A stretch of DNA of 64,000 nt from Patescibacteria group bacterium (GCA_041661385.1 JBAZUP010000003.1:36299-100298), one strand, 5' to 3'. Counted from the first letter of the stretch, positions 21,900 to 33,559 are shown. Notes: generated from the sequence alone by a model not told the origin. A program made the numbers and translations.

Positions 21900-22085
21900 A
21901 TGAACAAATGTACATTTTGTGGCCGCGAAAGCGAAAGTCATAAAACTAAATTCGTAGGCGGACACGGAATTTTGGAGTGCTGCACTGATTGCGAAGCAGA
22001 AATATTAGAAGGTCAATTAGAATACGAAAACGATTTTGGAAACGAATCGTTAGAAAACAATCCAAAAAGTCAAACAGATAATTAG
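21900..22085 (+). CDS. C4 zinc-finger small protein (ClpX ZBD-like)
   Basis: CTFCGR...CTDC; acidic tail. Confidence 0.55.
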   Translation: MNKCTFCGRESESHKTKFVGGHGILECCTDCEAEILEGQLEYENDFGNESLENNPKSQTDN

Positions 22086-22131
22086 CAACTTTAATCCAAT
22101 CTTGAAACCCGAAAATAACTCGAACGTCCTC

Positions 22132-22166
22132 TGTGTCAAGTTCGTGTATTCGCCACACTTGACACA
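22132..22166 (+). promoter_or_regulatory. Frpo-like hairpin
   Basis: TGTGTCAAG/CTTGACACA stem containing TTGACA. Confidence 0.55.
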
Positions 22167-22217
22167 CCGTCCTGTTCTTCATTACTTCTAATATTGATAT
22201 GTTTATTGGGGGTTAAT

Positions 22218-22760
22218 ATGAAAAATCTAATTCATTCCGGCGGCGCACTTGGCGCTGACAGTATCTTCGGTGACATCGGCATTGCCAATAATTATTCAGT
22301 GGCACATCACAGTTTCTACGGACACACCTGTAACGGCGCCGGCACCAGAATTATACATTCCGCTTCAGAGTTGGCGTTAGCCGACAATGCGCTGATAAAA
22401 GCTAACGCCACCCTGAAACGCTTTTATCCACCAAAAAGCGCCTACGTCCAGAAATTGCTACAACGTAATTACTATCAAATTTTAAATAGTCAATTCGTTG
22501 TTGCAATCGCTACCATTAATAAATACACCGACACAGTTAACGGCGGCACCGGTTGGGCAACGCAAATGGCAGTTGATATGCAAATACCCGTCTATGTTTT
22601 CGATTGCGCCGACAATAAGTGGTACAAAAAATTGCCTGGCACAAAATTCACACCCTGTTCCCTGTCAGACGTTCCCAACACCGGAGTATTCGCCGGCATT
22701 GGCAGCCGCGAAATCACGCCACAGGGCCGCGAACAGATACGATTGTTGCTAGAGTCTTGA
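22218..22760 (+). CDS. SLOG-superfamily protein
   Basis: HSGGALGAD, LLQRN, GGTGWA, PVYVFD, AGIGSR. Confidence 0.78.
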   Translation: MKNLIHSGGALGADSIFGDIGIANNYSVAHHSFYGHTCNGAGTRIIHSASELALADNALIKANATLKRFYPPKSAYVQKLLQRNYYQILNSQFVVAIATINKYTDTVNGGTGWATQMAVDMQIPVYVFDCADNKWYKKLPGTKFTPCSLSDVPNTGVFAGIGSREITPQGREQIRLLLES

Positions 22761-22792
22761 ATTTTGATGTATAATGCAAACAATTTTAAGGA

Positions 22793-23011
22793 ATGAATAT
22801 TATGAAAACTTATTTAACGCCAATGTATTTTTTATGGGGCGCGTTGATATCTAGTGAACTACTAGCGTGGTATTTTAACGGTTTTAATCCAATAGCAATA
22901 TTTGCTTTAATTGGAACCCTATCTGCGATCGTTATCTGCCTAATATCTGAAATTTGCAGATTAAACGAATATATTGAAAATTACGAAAAAAGTAAAACTA
23001 ATGTTATATGA
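22793..23011 (+). CDS. small membrane protein
   Basis: Paralog of 12723. Confidence 0.65.
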   Translation: MNIMKTYLTPMYFLWGALISSELLAWYFNGFNPIAIFALIGTLSAIVICLISEICRLNEYIENYEKSKTNVI

Positions 23012-23141
23012 AATTCACATACCAAAAAAATAAAACATTGAACATTTAAATAATTTTGCGTATAATAACATTAAAACAACAAACAATTATGTTAAAAACA
23101 TAACAAAACTAATCAAATATTTAAAGAAAGAAGTGATCAAA

Positions 23142-23309
23142 ATGGCAACTGCAAGTTTCACTAAAAACTTTGCTGTTAAATCAAAAAACAATGCTAAAAA
23201 ATTAGCAAATGCCCTCGACAACTCAAAAAACATTGAGATGAAATTAAGTCGTCCAATGCAATTTACAACAGGTAAAGAATTAAAAGCTATGTTTTCAAAA
23301 GGAAAATAA
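23142..23309 (+). CDS. putative antitoxin of GNAT TA pair (55 aa)
   Basis: MATASFTKNFAVKSKNNAKKLANALDNS; TTGAAC-17-TATAAT at 23038-23066; abuts GNAT gene. Confidence 0.65.
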   Translation: MATASFTKNFAVKSKNNAKKLANALDNSKNIEMKLSRPMQFTTGKELKAMFSKGK

Positions 23310-23311
23310 TT

Positions 23312-23875
23312 ATGATTCCTCAAATAGTGAGCCTCGAAGAATTTATCGAAGATTTCGGCGTACAGGATTTTAATAATCTTGCCGCCGTTTTTTCTTGTCC
23401 AAAAGACATCGAGCTTGAAGCTTTTTTAAAAGATAAAGCTATAATTAATAACTCTTTGTCAATGTCACGAACCTATCTTGTAGTTGGCAAAGACGAAACA
23501 AATAACGTTCCAATTATCATGGCATATTTCGCTTTAGCGTTGAAAAGTATTGATATTAACGCGGGGATTTCTAAAACACAAAGACAAAAATTCACAGGTA
23601 CACGAAATAACAATATGAAACACATACCAGTTTATCTAATTGGTCAATTTGCGAAAAATTTTGCCATTCCCGAAAACGACCGAATTACCGGCAATGACCT
23701 TATGACACTAACAAAAGCAACCATCAACAACGCACACAAAAGAGTAGGAGGAAGAATTGTTTTAGTTGAGTGTTCCGACGTACCACAATTACACACTTTT
23801 TATAATACTCACGGTTTTGCGTTTTACGATATTGATTCCGAAGATAGGTTGCATAGATTTGTTATGAAACTATAA
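23312..23875 (+). CDS. GNAT acetyltransferase, putative toxin
   Basis: FSC...LEAFLK, SRTYLV, LIGQFAKN, GGRIVLVEC, FYNTHGF. Confidence 0.82.
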   Translation: MIPQIVSLEEFIEDFGVQDFNNLAAVFSCPKDIELEAFLKDKAIINNSLSMSRTYLVVGKDETNNVPIIMAYFALALKSIDINAGISKTQRQKFTGTRNNNMKHIPVYLIGQFAKNFAIPENDRITGNDLMTLTKATINNAHKRVGGRIVLVECSDVPQLHTFYNTHGFAFYDIDSEDRLHRFVMKL

Positions 23876-23998
23876 TTAAAAACATCCAAGGGTGAACCAT
23901 ATGTATTGGCTCAGCACATTGTTACATCAACTATTTATATAGTTTTTTCAGCAGTGTATAATTATTAGATAAAACATATATCAAATTAGGAGAGCATC

Positions 23999-24511
23999 AT
24001 GCTTGTAACAAAAGAGAATAATTTAGAAACAACATTCGCGTTTTACAAAAACGCAAAACATCCGAATGATTTGTGTAGTTTTTGCAAAATAAACGATAAA
24101 CATATAGGAAAAAGAATATTTTACATTAAAGGACATTGGGACAGTTCGACAAATAAGTGTAATTTTGATTTATATGATAGTGATTTACCCGACAAAAAAC
24201 TGTTAGATAATCAAAACAAAGAAATTGAATATGGCTACAGCGGTACCAAAGAACAAATTTACAAAAGAAACCACACAATTTTTCTAAAATCTATGTTTGA
24301 AAAATATAATATTAATGACGTTATAGTAAGAGTAAGAAATAATTTTTGTTGTAATTGTGATTGGTTTAACGACGAAAAAAGTGAATGTCAGTTTGACATA
24401 ACGGCAATAAAGAAAAACGAAAAAGATTTTTGTAAAAACTGGAGATGTGAAACAGATGAACCAGTCGTATTAAGCGAAACAGAACTAGCACTCCAAAGAT
24501 TACACAAATAA
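23999..24511 (+). CDS. hypothetical Cys-containing protein
   Basis: AGGAGAG RBS. Confidence 0.65.
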   Translation: MLVTKENNLETTFAFYKNAKHPNDLCSFCKINDKHIGKRIFYIKGHWDSSTNKCNFDLYDSDLPDKKLLDNQNKEIEYGYSGTKEQIYKRNHTIFLKSMFEKYNINDVIVRVRNNFCCNCDWFNDEKSECQFDITAIKKNEKDFCKNWRCETDEPVVLSETELALQRLHK

Positions 24512-24674
24512 CAACAAAACATCATAGAGAAAAACTCCGTTCACCCGGAGTTTTTCTCTATTTTAAAGTATACCTTTTTATATACCCCAATTTAACTATA
24601 TAATAACCTTGCTTTAAGGAGTTTTTATATATATAATAACCAAAAGAGACTTTTTCTTATAGTTTGAGGTATTA

Positions 24675-25259
24675 ATGTCAAAAATTGGTTATATACGTGT
24701 TTCGTCCAAAGAACAAAATTTGGATCGACAAATTGAAGTAATGAAAAAACATAATATTCAGAAAATTTTTTCAGAAAAAATTTCTGGAAACAGTACTTTG
24801 CGTCCGGAATTAAATAAAATGTTAGATTTTATTCGCGAAGGTGATATTGTTTATGTAGAAAGCTACTCACGACTTGGCCGTAATCCACGACATTTTTATG
24901 AAATAATAGATGTATTCAACACTAAAGGCGTTGCGCTATACAGCGACAAAGAAAACATCGACACACAAACAGCGACCGGTAAATTAATTTTAGGATTTAT
25001 TATAAGCATATGTGCATGGGAACGAGAAATAACAAAAGAACGTCAAAAAGAGGGAATAGCAGCCGCAAAGAAACGTGGCGTACTTGGAGGCAGACCAAGC
25101 AAATTTGACGAAAAAATATTCAACGTCATTTATCAAGAATATATTAAAAACACCATCTCCGCGCTTGAAGCAGCAAGAAGATTAAAAATAACTCCGATAA
25201 CATTTTACAAATGGTGCAAAATTTACAAAAACCATGTTTTTAACAAAAAAGAAGTGTAA
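24675..25259 (+). CDS. serine recombinase (resolvase/invertase)
   Basis: GYIRVSS.EQNLDRQ, SG...RPEL, SRLGRN, ERQKEGIAAAK.RG..GGRP, C-terminal HTH. Confidence 0.95.
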   Translation: MSKIGYIRVSSKEQNLDRQIEVMKKHNIQKIFSEKISGNSTLRPELNKMLDFIREGDIVYVESYSRLGRNPRHFYEIIDVFNTKGVALYSDKENIDTQTATGKLILGFIISICAWEREITKERQKEGIAAAKKRGVLGGRPSKFDEKIFNVIYQEYIKNTISALEAARRLKITPITFYKWCKIYKNHVFNKKEV

Positions 25260-25343
25260 TAAATAGAAAATCGGAAATTAACCCACTAGAAAAATTCATT
25301 AATCACTAATTAAACAAGAATAGAAAGGATTAAAATAATAATT

Positions 25344-25859
25344 ATGGAATGGTTGGCATATTTTGCTCTTTTTTCTGGTTTTGTGGCAGGCTACATATTT
25401 ACAATAAGTTTTTTATCAATAAAAAACTCCATAAATGCCAAAAATATCTACCTATTATATACAAAACACATCCCAAATTCCTTTATAGAAATAGATCAAA
25501 GAGTTAATAAAACATTTAGATACACAAAATGGTTTCATTCGCAAAATGCAGCGCTTTCATGGCTTAACAAAAACAGAAAATCTATCCTAGATTTTAAATT
25601 AATTGTTTATGATAAAAACAATCTTCCAAATATCGAGCAAGTTTTACAACCACCATTACAAGACTGGACACCCGCAGAACATATTTCGCCTGAAACTAGC
25701 GGAAATTATCTTGTAACTACAAAATTATCGAACGACGAGTTTGAAACCGGTATTTTATTTTACTCAGCCGAAAAAAAACAATGGCTTAACACCTGCGGAG
25801 TAGAAATACTAGCATGGCAACCCAAACCAAAAGCATACCAACCGCCGAAAGACAAATAA
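25344..25859 (+). CDS. membrane-anchored protein with DUF551-like C-terminus
   Basis: WTPAE..PE....YLV...ILAWQP.P. Confidence 0.65.
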   Translation: MEWLAYFALFSGFVAGYIFTISFLSIKNSINAKNIYLLYTKHIPNSFIEIDQRVNKTFRYTKWFHSQNAALSWLNKNRKSILDFKLIVYDKNNLPNIEQVLQPPLQDWTPAEHISPETSGNYLVTTKLSNDEFETGILFYSAEKKQWLNTCGVEILAWQPKPKAYQPPKDK

Positions 25860-25913
25860 CGCAAAATCAATTAATCAACCACCTATCAATCTAAACATTT
25901 AAGGAGATTTCAC

Positions 25914-27072
25914 ATGTACATATTACTGGCACTGCCATTTCTTTTTACTATTTTATCACTCAATAACTCTTCACCATCAACACAACCACAATCATATGAC
26001 GAAATATTAAACAACTTAACGGGTACGTTAACTTCGTCACCCTTACTTGGATTTACCGCATTTTTCGCGTTGATCTTATTGATTGCATACTGTTGGGAAA
26101 GATCAAGACAAACTAACTAATTAGAAAGGACTTTATTATGTTAAAACTCTTCAAACAATATTACAATTTTCGAAAACATAATTATCATCCACTGACAATA
26201 TTTGCTTTCCCGTTTAGTGTAATAGGACTGCTTTTAATAAAAGCTTGGTTTCCTTACATGAAAATTCTCACTACTCTATTACGCTTATCGTTTCTCGCAA
26301 CGTTGTTTATATCAATCATTTTAATTTTGGATTTTCTATATATTTGTTTGATTTGCGAAAAATATAAATGTTCACCAAACACCGCCTATTCACATGACGT
26401 CGCCGAAAAATTAGTGGCAATCACAAATCTTTGTTTAACTATTGGATTGATAGCAATAATAATCTACATCAGTTTATTCGGCATCAACACAAACAGCAAT
26501 GATTTTACCTTTAATTTATTAATAAAACTAAACATTTTAGCCGCTTATATTTTTTATGGAACATTCATCTTAACAGAACGGCACCAAGCAAACAAAATAC
26601 TAAAACAACATTAAGGAGCTAAATGACCATTTATTTTTACGGATTATGTGCAGGAATATTAATAAGCAGTCTTATTTCTTGTGCAATATTCTTATATTTC
26701 CACAATAAAAAAACCGCATACATAAACAATTTAAACAAAACAATCGGCGACTACCGAGGTATTTACAAAACAATAGACGAATATCGCGAATTCATATTTT
26801 GGTTAAGAAAAAAATATCCGACATTTGACCTAGACATAGAAACTGATATTCAAAAATCCCGACTTATTTTTGATTTAGACAGTTTTTTACTAAAAATAGC
26901 AAAACTTCAAACAAGTGAGATCAGACGACAGCAAGCCAGAACTAGTATAATATGTGCATATCCATTATACAGAACCGACAATTTTTTTGACAACTCAATA
27001 AATATTGAAAATTTTGACGAAAAAGTAGCAAACGATACAGAAATTGCTAAAAACTGTCCACACGCCAAATAA
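25914..27072 (+). CDS. three membrane-associated hypothetical genes (25914-26120, 26138-26614, 26623-27072)
   Basis: Each with AAGGA(G) RBS and hydrophobic segments. Confidence 0.65.
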
Positions 27073-27130
27073 TATAAATAAAATTTTTACTCCGAAACCT
27101 ACAATACAATTAATTATTATGGAGTTTATT

Positions 27131-27514
27131 ATGAAAAGCACTCTTACAAAAATAACAATCCTACTTTCGATCATAACTTTAGGAATAATCTATGTAAATC
27201 ATATTTTACCTATCCCATCTGTTCCATTTTCCAACAGCTTAAATACCATTTCCACCGATGTAAAAAATTACAAACAAGAATGGTTGATGCCAGTAACTGA
27301 AATCAAACAAAACATTTATACTCAAGGAACGGCCCAATATAGCGAAACACTCTTTGTAAACGTAGGAAACAACGATGGAATAACAATAATGGAAATTCCA
27401 ATAAGTACACTCAAAATAATCAAAGATACTAAAGATGTAAACACTTCGTATATTCGTAAAATGACAAAAGACTCCGACGTACTATATGAACTTCATATAC
27501 CTATAAATTACTAA
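27131..27514 (+). CDS. membrane-anchored protein, paralog of 12267
   Basis: QEWLMP...YELHIPINY. Confidence 0.7.
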   Translation: MKSTLTKITILLSIITLGIIYVNHILPIPSVPFSNSLNTISTDVKNYKQEWLMPVTEIKQNIYTQGTAQYSETLFVNVGNNDGITIMEIPISTLKIIKDTKDVNTSYIRKMTKDSDVLYELHIPINY

Positions 27515-27529
27515 TATTAAGAGGTGTGA

Positions 27530-27898
27530 ATGAATATTACATTAGGACAACGAATTCTTGAGCTTAGGAAACAAAGAAATATTTCGAGAAAAGAGCTTTC
27601 TGAAATACTGAATGTCTCTTACTCAACTTTAGCTGGTTATGAGACTGACTATAGTTCGCCCGATTATTCGACATTAAAGAAAATATGCTGGTTCTTCAGC
27701 GTTACTGCGGATCATCTGCTTGATCTTCCTGAATATGCCGATCCTGAAAAACGAGAATTGCGTTATTTTTTGACTACTAAGGACATTACGTTCAACGGCA
27801 TAAAGATTAATGAAGATGAACGAGAAGCAGCGAAAATTGCTTTAAATCTAGTTTTTAGAATTCGACCACAAAACACGCAACACTCTGCCAGAGGTTAA
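27530..27898 (+). CDS. XRE HTH regulator
   Basis: LGQRILELRK...RKELSE...STLAGYE. Confidence 0.9.
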   Translation: MNITLGQRILELRKQRNISRKELSEILNVSYSTLAGYETDYSSPDYSTLKKICWFFSVTADHLLDLPEYADPEKRELRYFLTTKDITFNGIKINEDEREAAKIALNLVFRIRPQNTQHSARG

Positions 27899-27899
27899 A

Positions 27900-28340
27900 A
27901 TGAAATTTTCTAGCACTAATTTTGGACTAAAACTAAGATCGCTAAGAGAACGGTCTAATATTTCGATTTCTCAGCTTTCAAAAATGCTTGATTGTTCTAA
28001 AAGTACAGTCAGCATGATCGAAAACGGAGAACGCTCACCAAGTATCGAGTTGTTCGTTGATATTGCCAATGTTTTCAATACCACCCTGGACAGCTTTTTT
28101 TCAGAAGTAAACGAAAACCTCATTACAAACTACGAACAATCTACCGAAGAACTAATAACTATCATTTCAAAAGCCAAATCGTTAGCAAGTTTAGTAGCAT
28201 CAAATAATCCCGCCTTTACAAACGCCAATGATTTATGGTTAGAGTTAGACAAATATATCAAAAAAAGCCGTTATCAAAATCCGCAAACCAGCGCACAAAT
28301 AAAACAGATAGCGTTTGCTCAATTTTCATTAGTTGAATAA
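27900..28340 (+). CDS. XRE HTH regulator
   Basis: FGLKLRSLR...STVSMIENGERSPS. Confidence 0.9.
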   Translation: MKFSSTNFGLKLRSLRERSNISISQLSKMLDCSKSTVSMIENGERSPSIELFVDIANVFNTTLDSFFSEVNENLITNYEQSTEELITIISKAKSLASLVASNNPAFTNANDLWLELDKYIKKSRYQNPQTSAQIKQIAFAQFSLVE

Positions 28341-28359
28341 ATAACTGAAAGTAGATTTT

Positions 28360-28959
28360 ATGGCAAAATTTGGAACAATACTAAAAAAGTTGCGTTTAAA
28401 TGAGAAAATCACGCAAAAACAACTGGCCACTAATTTAGATATTGAGCGTCAAACATATTGTAATTATGAACAAGGCATTCGTGAACCAAGCCGAGAAACA
28501 TTAATTAAAATTGCTAAGTACTATGATGTCAGCATGGATTATCTTTTCGAGCTTACCGATCAACCAAGTAAGCAAAACAATCACTACACTATAGAAAAAA
28601 ACCGCTTTGTTATACACGCAATCCATAATATAAAGTGCCACGAAGAAACCTTTTTTATTAGTAGTTTTTTGTTTGATAATTTAATATTGCTTTTTGAAAA
28701 ATTACACACAATGAAAATCGTTAAAAACAATTACGTAGGCTCAACTTATGATTCCTCAAATAACATCGGCGAATATTCATTTAACGTAGAAACAATCAAA
28801 GAATTTATTGAACATTTTGGTGTTATCGCAAAATCGCTTGACCTTCAATCTGTTTCAATATTAAATATTGAGGAATTACAAGAATTAAAAAACTTTTTTG
28901 TTACAGCGCTTAATATTTATGACAAAAACAATACCTATATTTCGACTTTTTGTTATTAG
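28360..28959 (+). CDS. XRE HTH regulator with C-terminal domain
   Basis: LKKLR...TQKQLA...YEQGIREPS. Confidence 0.9.
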   Translation: MAKFGTILKKLRLNEKITQKQLATNLDIERQTYCNYEQGIREPSRETLIKIAKYYDVSMDYLFELTDQPSKQNNHYTIEKNRFVIHAIHNIKCHEETFFISSFLFDNLILLFEKLHTMKIVKNNYVGSTYDSSNNIGEYSFNVETIKEFIEHFGVIAKSLDLQSVSILNIEELQELKNFFVTALNIYDKNNTYISTFCY

Positions 28960-28988
28960 GCACTTATTATTTTTAAGGAGATTCACCC

Positions 28989-29450
28989 ATGAAATACCAA
29001 ATCCACAAAAACAGCTCCCACACCGCAACAATCACCCCCGTAGGCCTCGAATACGACACACCACTAGAATGCTTCAACGATTTCACCAACCAACCCGGGA
29101 AAGGCAAAATAACCCAAAAAACTTCAGCGCAATTAATGGCCGATCACCTGAATTTAAATGAAGAAAACGAAGCAATGTTAAGTTTTGACGAATATTGTGG
29201 AATATATCATACAACCGCAATTGATGTAATGGAAGCCGAAACCATTTATCAAGTAAACGACGATTGCGATAAAAACGAAATATTTTGTTTTAAAAACGAA
29301 CCAACGATTTACGATTACAACGAAATGCTCAGCTACGCTTACGGTAGCGTAACTTCCCCGCGCGGCACAGAAAACACGTATGAAATCAAACCTATACCAA
29401 CCATTAATAATAATGCAACAACTTCAAGGAGAAACTATGATAAAAACTAA
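28989..29450 (+). CDS. acidic hypothetical protein
   Basis: AAGGAG RBS. Confidence 0.7.
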   Translation: MKYQIHKNSSHTATITPVGLEYDTPLECFNDFTNQPGKGKITQKTSAQLMADHLNLNEENEAMLSFDEYCGIYHTTAIDVMEAETIYQVNDDCDKNEIFCFKNEPTIYDYNEMLSYAYGSVTSPRGTENTYEIKPIPTINNNATTSRRNYDKN

Positions 29451-32400
29451 TTTTCTTACTCGTTTTATTGAAAATCGCATTATCCCTAAAGATTTCAACA
29501 ACCTTTCACTAATCGATTGCCTAATAATTGTTTCTTTTTGTTTAATAATCGCAATACCAATTGCTTATCTTCTACATGTATTAGCAACTTACTTTTGCTA
29601 CTACTTTAATTTTAGCAACGAACGTAACGTACTCTCTTTTATATTTTCTTCTATATTCCCTATTGCATTAATATATCTTTTATGGACGCCAATACTAAAA
29701 ATACTAAAAGACATTGTAAAAAAAATTATCAAAAAAATCAGAAACCATTAACTTATAACTAAAACTTTCGTGTTTAATAACGCCAACTACCAACAATTAA
29801 AGGAGTTCTTATGGAATATATCAACGGATTAATGGTAGGAATGCTCATAGGAATACTGGGCACGGCAGCCCTCTTCATAACAAAAAGTAAAATCGACGAA
29901 ACTATTAAACAACTTGAAAGCAATCACAACTCTTTAATTAACAAATTTGAAACGCTAAAACAAAAATATCCCGAACTCTTTAAAACACATCCTCCGGCTT
30001 AAGTACTAATCCAAAACAACTCGTAACCAAAACATAAACATTTTAAGGAGCTTTTATGGAAACTATCTACGGAATAATGCTAGGAATATTAATCGGAACC
30101 TATGTTACATATCGCATTATGGTAAAAAAATACACAAAATTACTCGAGGCGTATTTAAGCAATAATCTTCAAACAACTGAATTTCAAACATACCTACTCA
30201 ACAAAAAATACTTTAGCTAAAACAAATCGAGGTGACTTTATGCCCGCAACCAAACACTACTATTACATCGCCGGCAAAGGCAACGACTACGGAAACGTGG
30301 CGATCGCATCCACACCAACTGAAGCAATCTGTTTACACGTAGGCGAAGTTTACATAAACGACGAAGAACACTTAACAAACGAATACACCATTTGCAGAGA
30401 ATGTGCCGACAAATTGGTTAGATCGGACGAAAACTTGGAAGGAATAAGTGTAATTGATGTTGAATAATTCAGAAAATGCAGAAAAAACAATCGAAATTGA
30501 GTATTTTTTATCAAACGAACTGCAAAAACAACTCTACCTAAACAACGAGGACTACAACAATAAGCGTATTATAATTGTACCGGCTACGCCGACAATAATG
30601 AAATATGCAGAACTTAACCGCACAACCAATACATATCGAATATCACTATGTAGATTCTTTGACAACCTGCAAACAAAAGAAAGTATTTTAAAAACAATAC
30701 AAGAATGTGAACCTGATAATCGAACCTCGATAAAAGCAGATTTTCACAAATTATCTAAAACAAATAAAATAATCTTCGTTTTCACAGCGTTCTTTATTTG
30801 TTTAATTACTTCGCTTTCGTTTCTAAAATTATTTGACATATCAAGACCTGTGTTTTTAGCGCTTTTTATTGCTGACGTTTTCTTTTATTTCTACATTATT
30901 AACATTTTAAACCCATACCATCATCCTGTTAACGCAAAGCTTACACCAAGTCCTTTTATTAATAAAGCGTTGGCAGCATTGGGTATATTTATTGGAATAC
31001 TCACCGGTGCTGGTTTTGTTTTTCATGCGTAACGCGCAGAATTTAGAGAAAATTGAAATTATTGAACTAATCGACGACAACGTAGACGAATGTGCATACT
31101 GCGATTATTCAAGTTTTTATGTATTTGATTTATCACGTTGTTGTAGCATCACCGGCACCCGGATAGAAAACATATATGAACGCAATTGGGATTGCCCATA
31201 CGACGACCCGAAATACGGAAGAAAACCAAGAGAAATACAAATAATAGAACGTAAATTAACACTCACTAGCGATTGTGAACTGCCACCAGCTCCAATAAAA
31301 CAAGAAGTTACACACATCCATATAACCCCTAATAACGTTGAAAATAGCAACGGCTATAGTTGCTACATAGCGCCCAACGGCGACATCTTCCTAACCACCC
31401 CTTTCACCGTCATGAGTATGTTAAACCCCGGCAATTCCGAATATTTCACCCACGACGAATTTGCATACGAATATATTCACCAAAATAATTTGCACCAAGA
31501 TTATTCCGAAAAACAAACCGAAACCCAAGACCTGGAAGATTATTATTTGCGGATCGTCAACGAAAAAGACTATCTTTTGTTAACCCTGAATTTCGTTTCA
31601 GTAAGTTTAGGCGGTATAATGGATTTAACAATTATCAGAGAACCAAACAACAGAAAACTAACCAACGCACAACACAACACGTTGAAACGCTATTGCGAAA
31701 TCAACGAAAACCTAAATGCCTACAACAATTTCGTTGAACAAGAGCTGGCGCTAAGTAACATGTAACACGCAAATTAACACACATATTTTTAGGAGAGATT
31801 CATGACTGACACAAATTTTCTTATTAAACCAAATACAACATATATAAAATGACCATTAAGCAAATTATCGACGAACTTGAAGTACGCCATGGAGTAATGG
31901 TATGCCGTGACGGATTTGAATATACATACATATTACCTAATAAAGAACTACTAAGACGTACAGATTATGATGAATATGAAAAAATTACTGATTTATTTCG
32001 AAATCTACGTCGTCTGGCAGCAATAGAAGAGCAAAAATATCTGCAAACAGAATTAAAAAATACGGGATTACCGGCGCGCTACATCCTTCCGGACAAACGA
32101 ATTATCTATATTGGCAAATTAGTTAAAAACTTTGGTGCTTTTACATTAAGTAAAAGCGGAAAAATAAGTCGTTACAAACACGACGGTTTGATCCTGAAGA
32201 AAACATTTGAAGAAGCCCAGGCTGATTTAGACGCTTTTGCAATTTTTAACAAATTAACAATCCATAATTTTCAAAAAGAAAACAAAACACTGAACACCGG
32301 CACTCTTTTTAACGATAAATAATAACGCCAGACATTTATATTTATGAGGTAAGTATGAAAATAAACCACAACGTCGAAAGTCTTAAAAACTTACTCAAAA

Positions 32401-32630
32401 CCAAAACATTTGCTTGGAATGGTGCAAAACTTTCTCCAGAAGAACAACTATGTTTTGCTACAATAATTGATATATACCAAAAAAACAGAGACATTCCCGA
32501 AGGAACAATTATTACAACCGAACACATGAATCGTTTATTTTCAATATTTTCTATTATAAAAAACAACGATATTATGAAAGAAATAATTTTATCGAACGAC
32601 GATTTTAAAACCGGCATTTTATTAAAATAA
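29437..32630 (+). CDS. run of hypothetical genes (29437-29751, 29811-30002, 30240-30467, 30454-31032, 31025-31765, 31849-32322, 32355-32630)
   Basis: Co-oriented ORFs with RBSs or overlaps; several with TM segments. Confidence 0.62.
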
Positions 32631-32714
32631 CAAAACTTAGTTTACTAACTAAGTTTTATAACTAACATTAGTTAAATAAGTTAACCAGACTTATACTACC
32701 AATACCCCACCCTC

Positions 32715-32753
32715 GTCAAACCGTCAATATTTCGCATCATTGACCGCTTGACA
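32715..32753 (+). promoter_or_regulatory. Frpo-like hairpin
   Basis: Nested GTCAA/TTGAC stems ending in TTGACA. Confidence 0.55.
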
Positions 32754-32812
32754 TCGTGTATGGAAAAATTTTGCCATAATTCAAATTAATTCTAACAAAA
32801 AGGAAAAAGAAA

Positions 32813-33016
32813 ATGATAAAAAACATTAACATACCAACAAATAACGGCAAGTTTTACCAATGCTACGAAATAAAATGCGACAAATGCGGTGAAATATATT
32901 GGTTTCCTAAACGCAATTTTAGTAGCGACAATCATTTTTATAACTTTCTTGGCCAATCAGGCCGCGATCAATTAGGAAATCACATAAACTGCCACGAAAT
33001 GGATTTTCCTTTTTAA
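32813..33016 (+). CDS. small zinc-binding protein ending DFPF
   Basis: CDKCG; AAGGA RBS. Confidence 0.62.
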   Translation: MIKNINIPTNNGKFYQCYEIKCDKCGEIYWFPKRNFSSDNHFYNFLGQSGRDQLGNHINCHEMDFPF

Positions 33017-33100
33017 GAAGCTTTCAAAACTCGCAAAGCGCTTATGCTTCGTTATAGTCCGATACCATTTAAACTAATTAAAAACCAAACAAGGTATATT

Positions 33101-33370
33101 ATGAAAACAGAACTAACAATTACCGGTAACCCGGACGAAGTATTAGAAACCATTGCTAATATATGCAACACAGAAATACAACCATATATTAACGTAAAAA
33201 ATAATTACGGTACAAAAGCCATAATTATTACAACAACGACAAAAGGTATTTATAATATTGTCGCAAAAGCCAGTTCACTAAATACCAACGTAAATATAAA
33301 ATATAAATTCACATATAAAAATTGGGAAGAAACATATATCTTCTCAGCCGGAAAAACAATACTAAATTAA
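33101..33370 (+). CDS. hypothetical protein
   Basis: AAGGT RBS; terminator-like hairpin follows at 33371. Confidence 0.62.
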   Translation: MKTELTITGNPDEVLETIANICNTEIQPYINVKNNYGTKAIIITTTTKGIYNIVAKASSLNTNVNIKYKFTYKNWEETYIFSAGKTILN

Positions 33371-33451
33371 TAGCCACCAGGTACAAACTTGGTGGCTATT
33401 TTCATGAAAAACACCACTAAAAAGACAAAACACAAGATATACCCTGCCCTA

Positions 33452-33501
33452 GTCAAACCCTCAACACATTCCGTCTTGACTACAGTGTTGACCGTTCGAC
33501 T
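33452..33501 (+). promoter_or_regulatory. Frpo-like hairpin
   Basis: GTCAAA/TTCGAC and TCAACAC/GTGTTGA stems; downstream leader similar to 97-116. Confidence 0.5.
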
Positions 33502-33559
33502 TCGCGCATAAAACATTCAGTTCAAGTTTTAATTGGCTTTAAGCCGAAAGAGAGACAAA

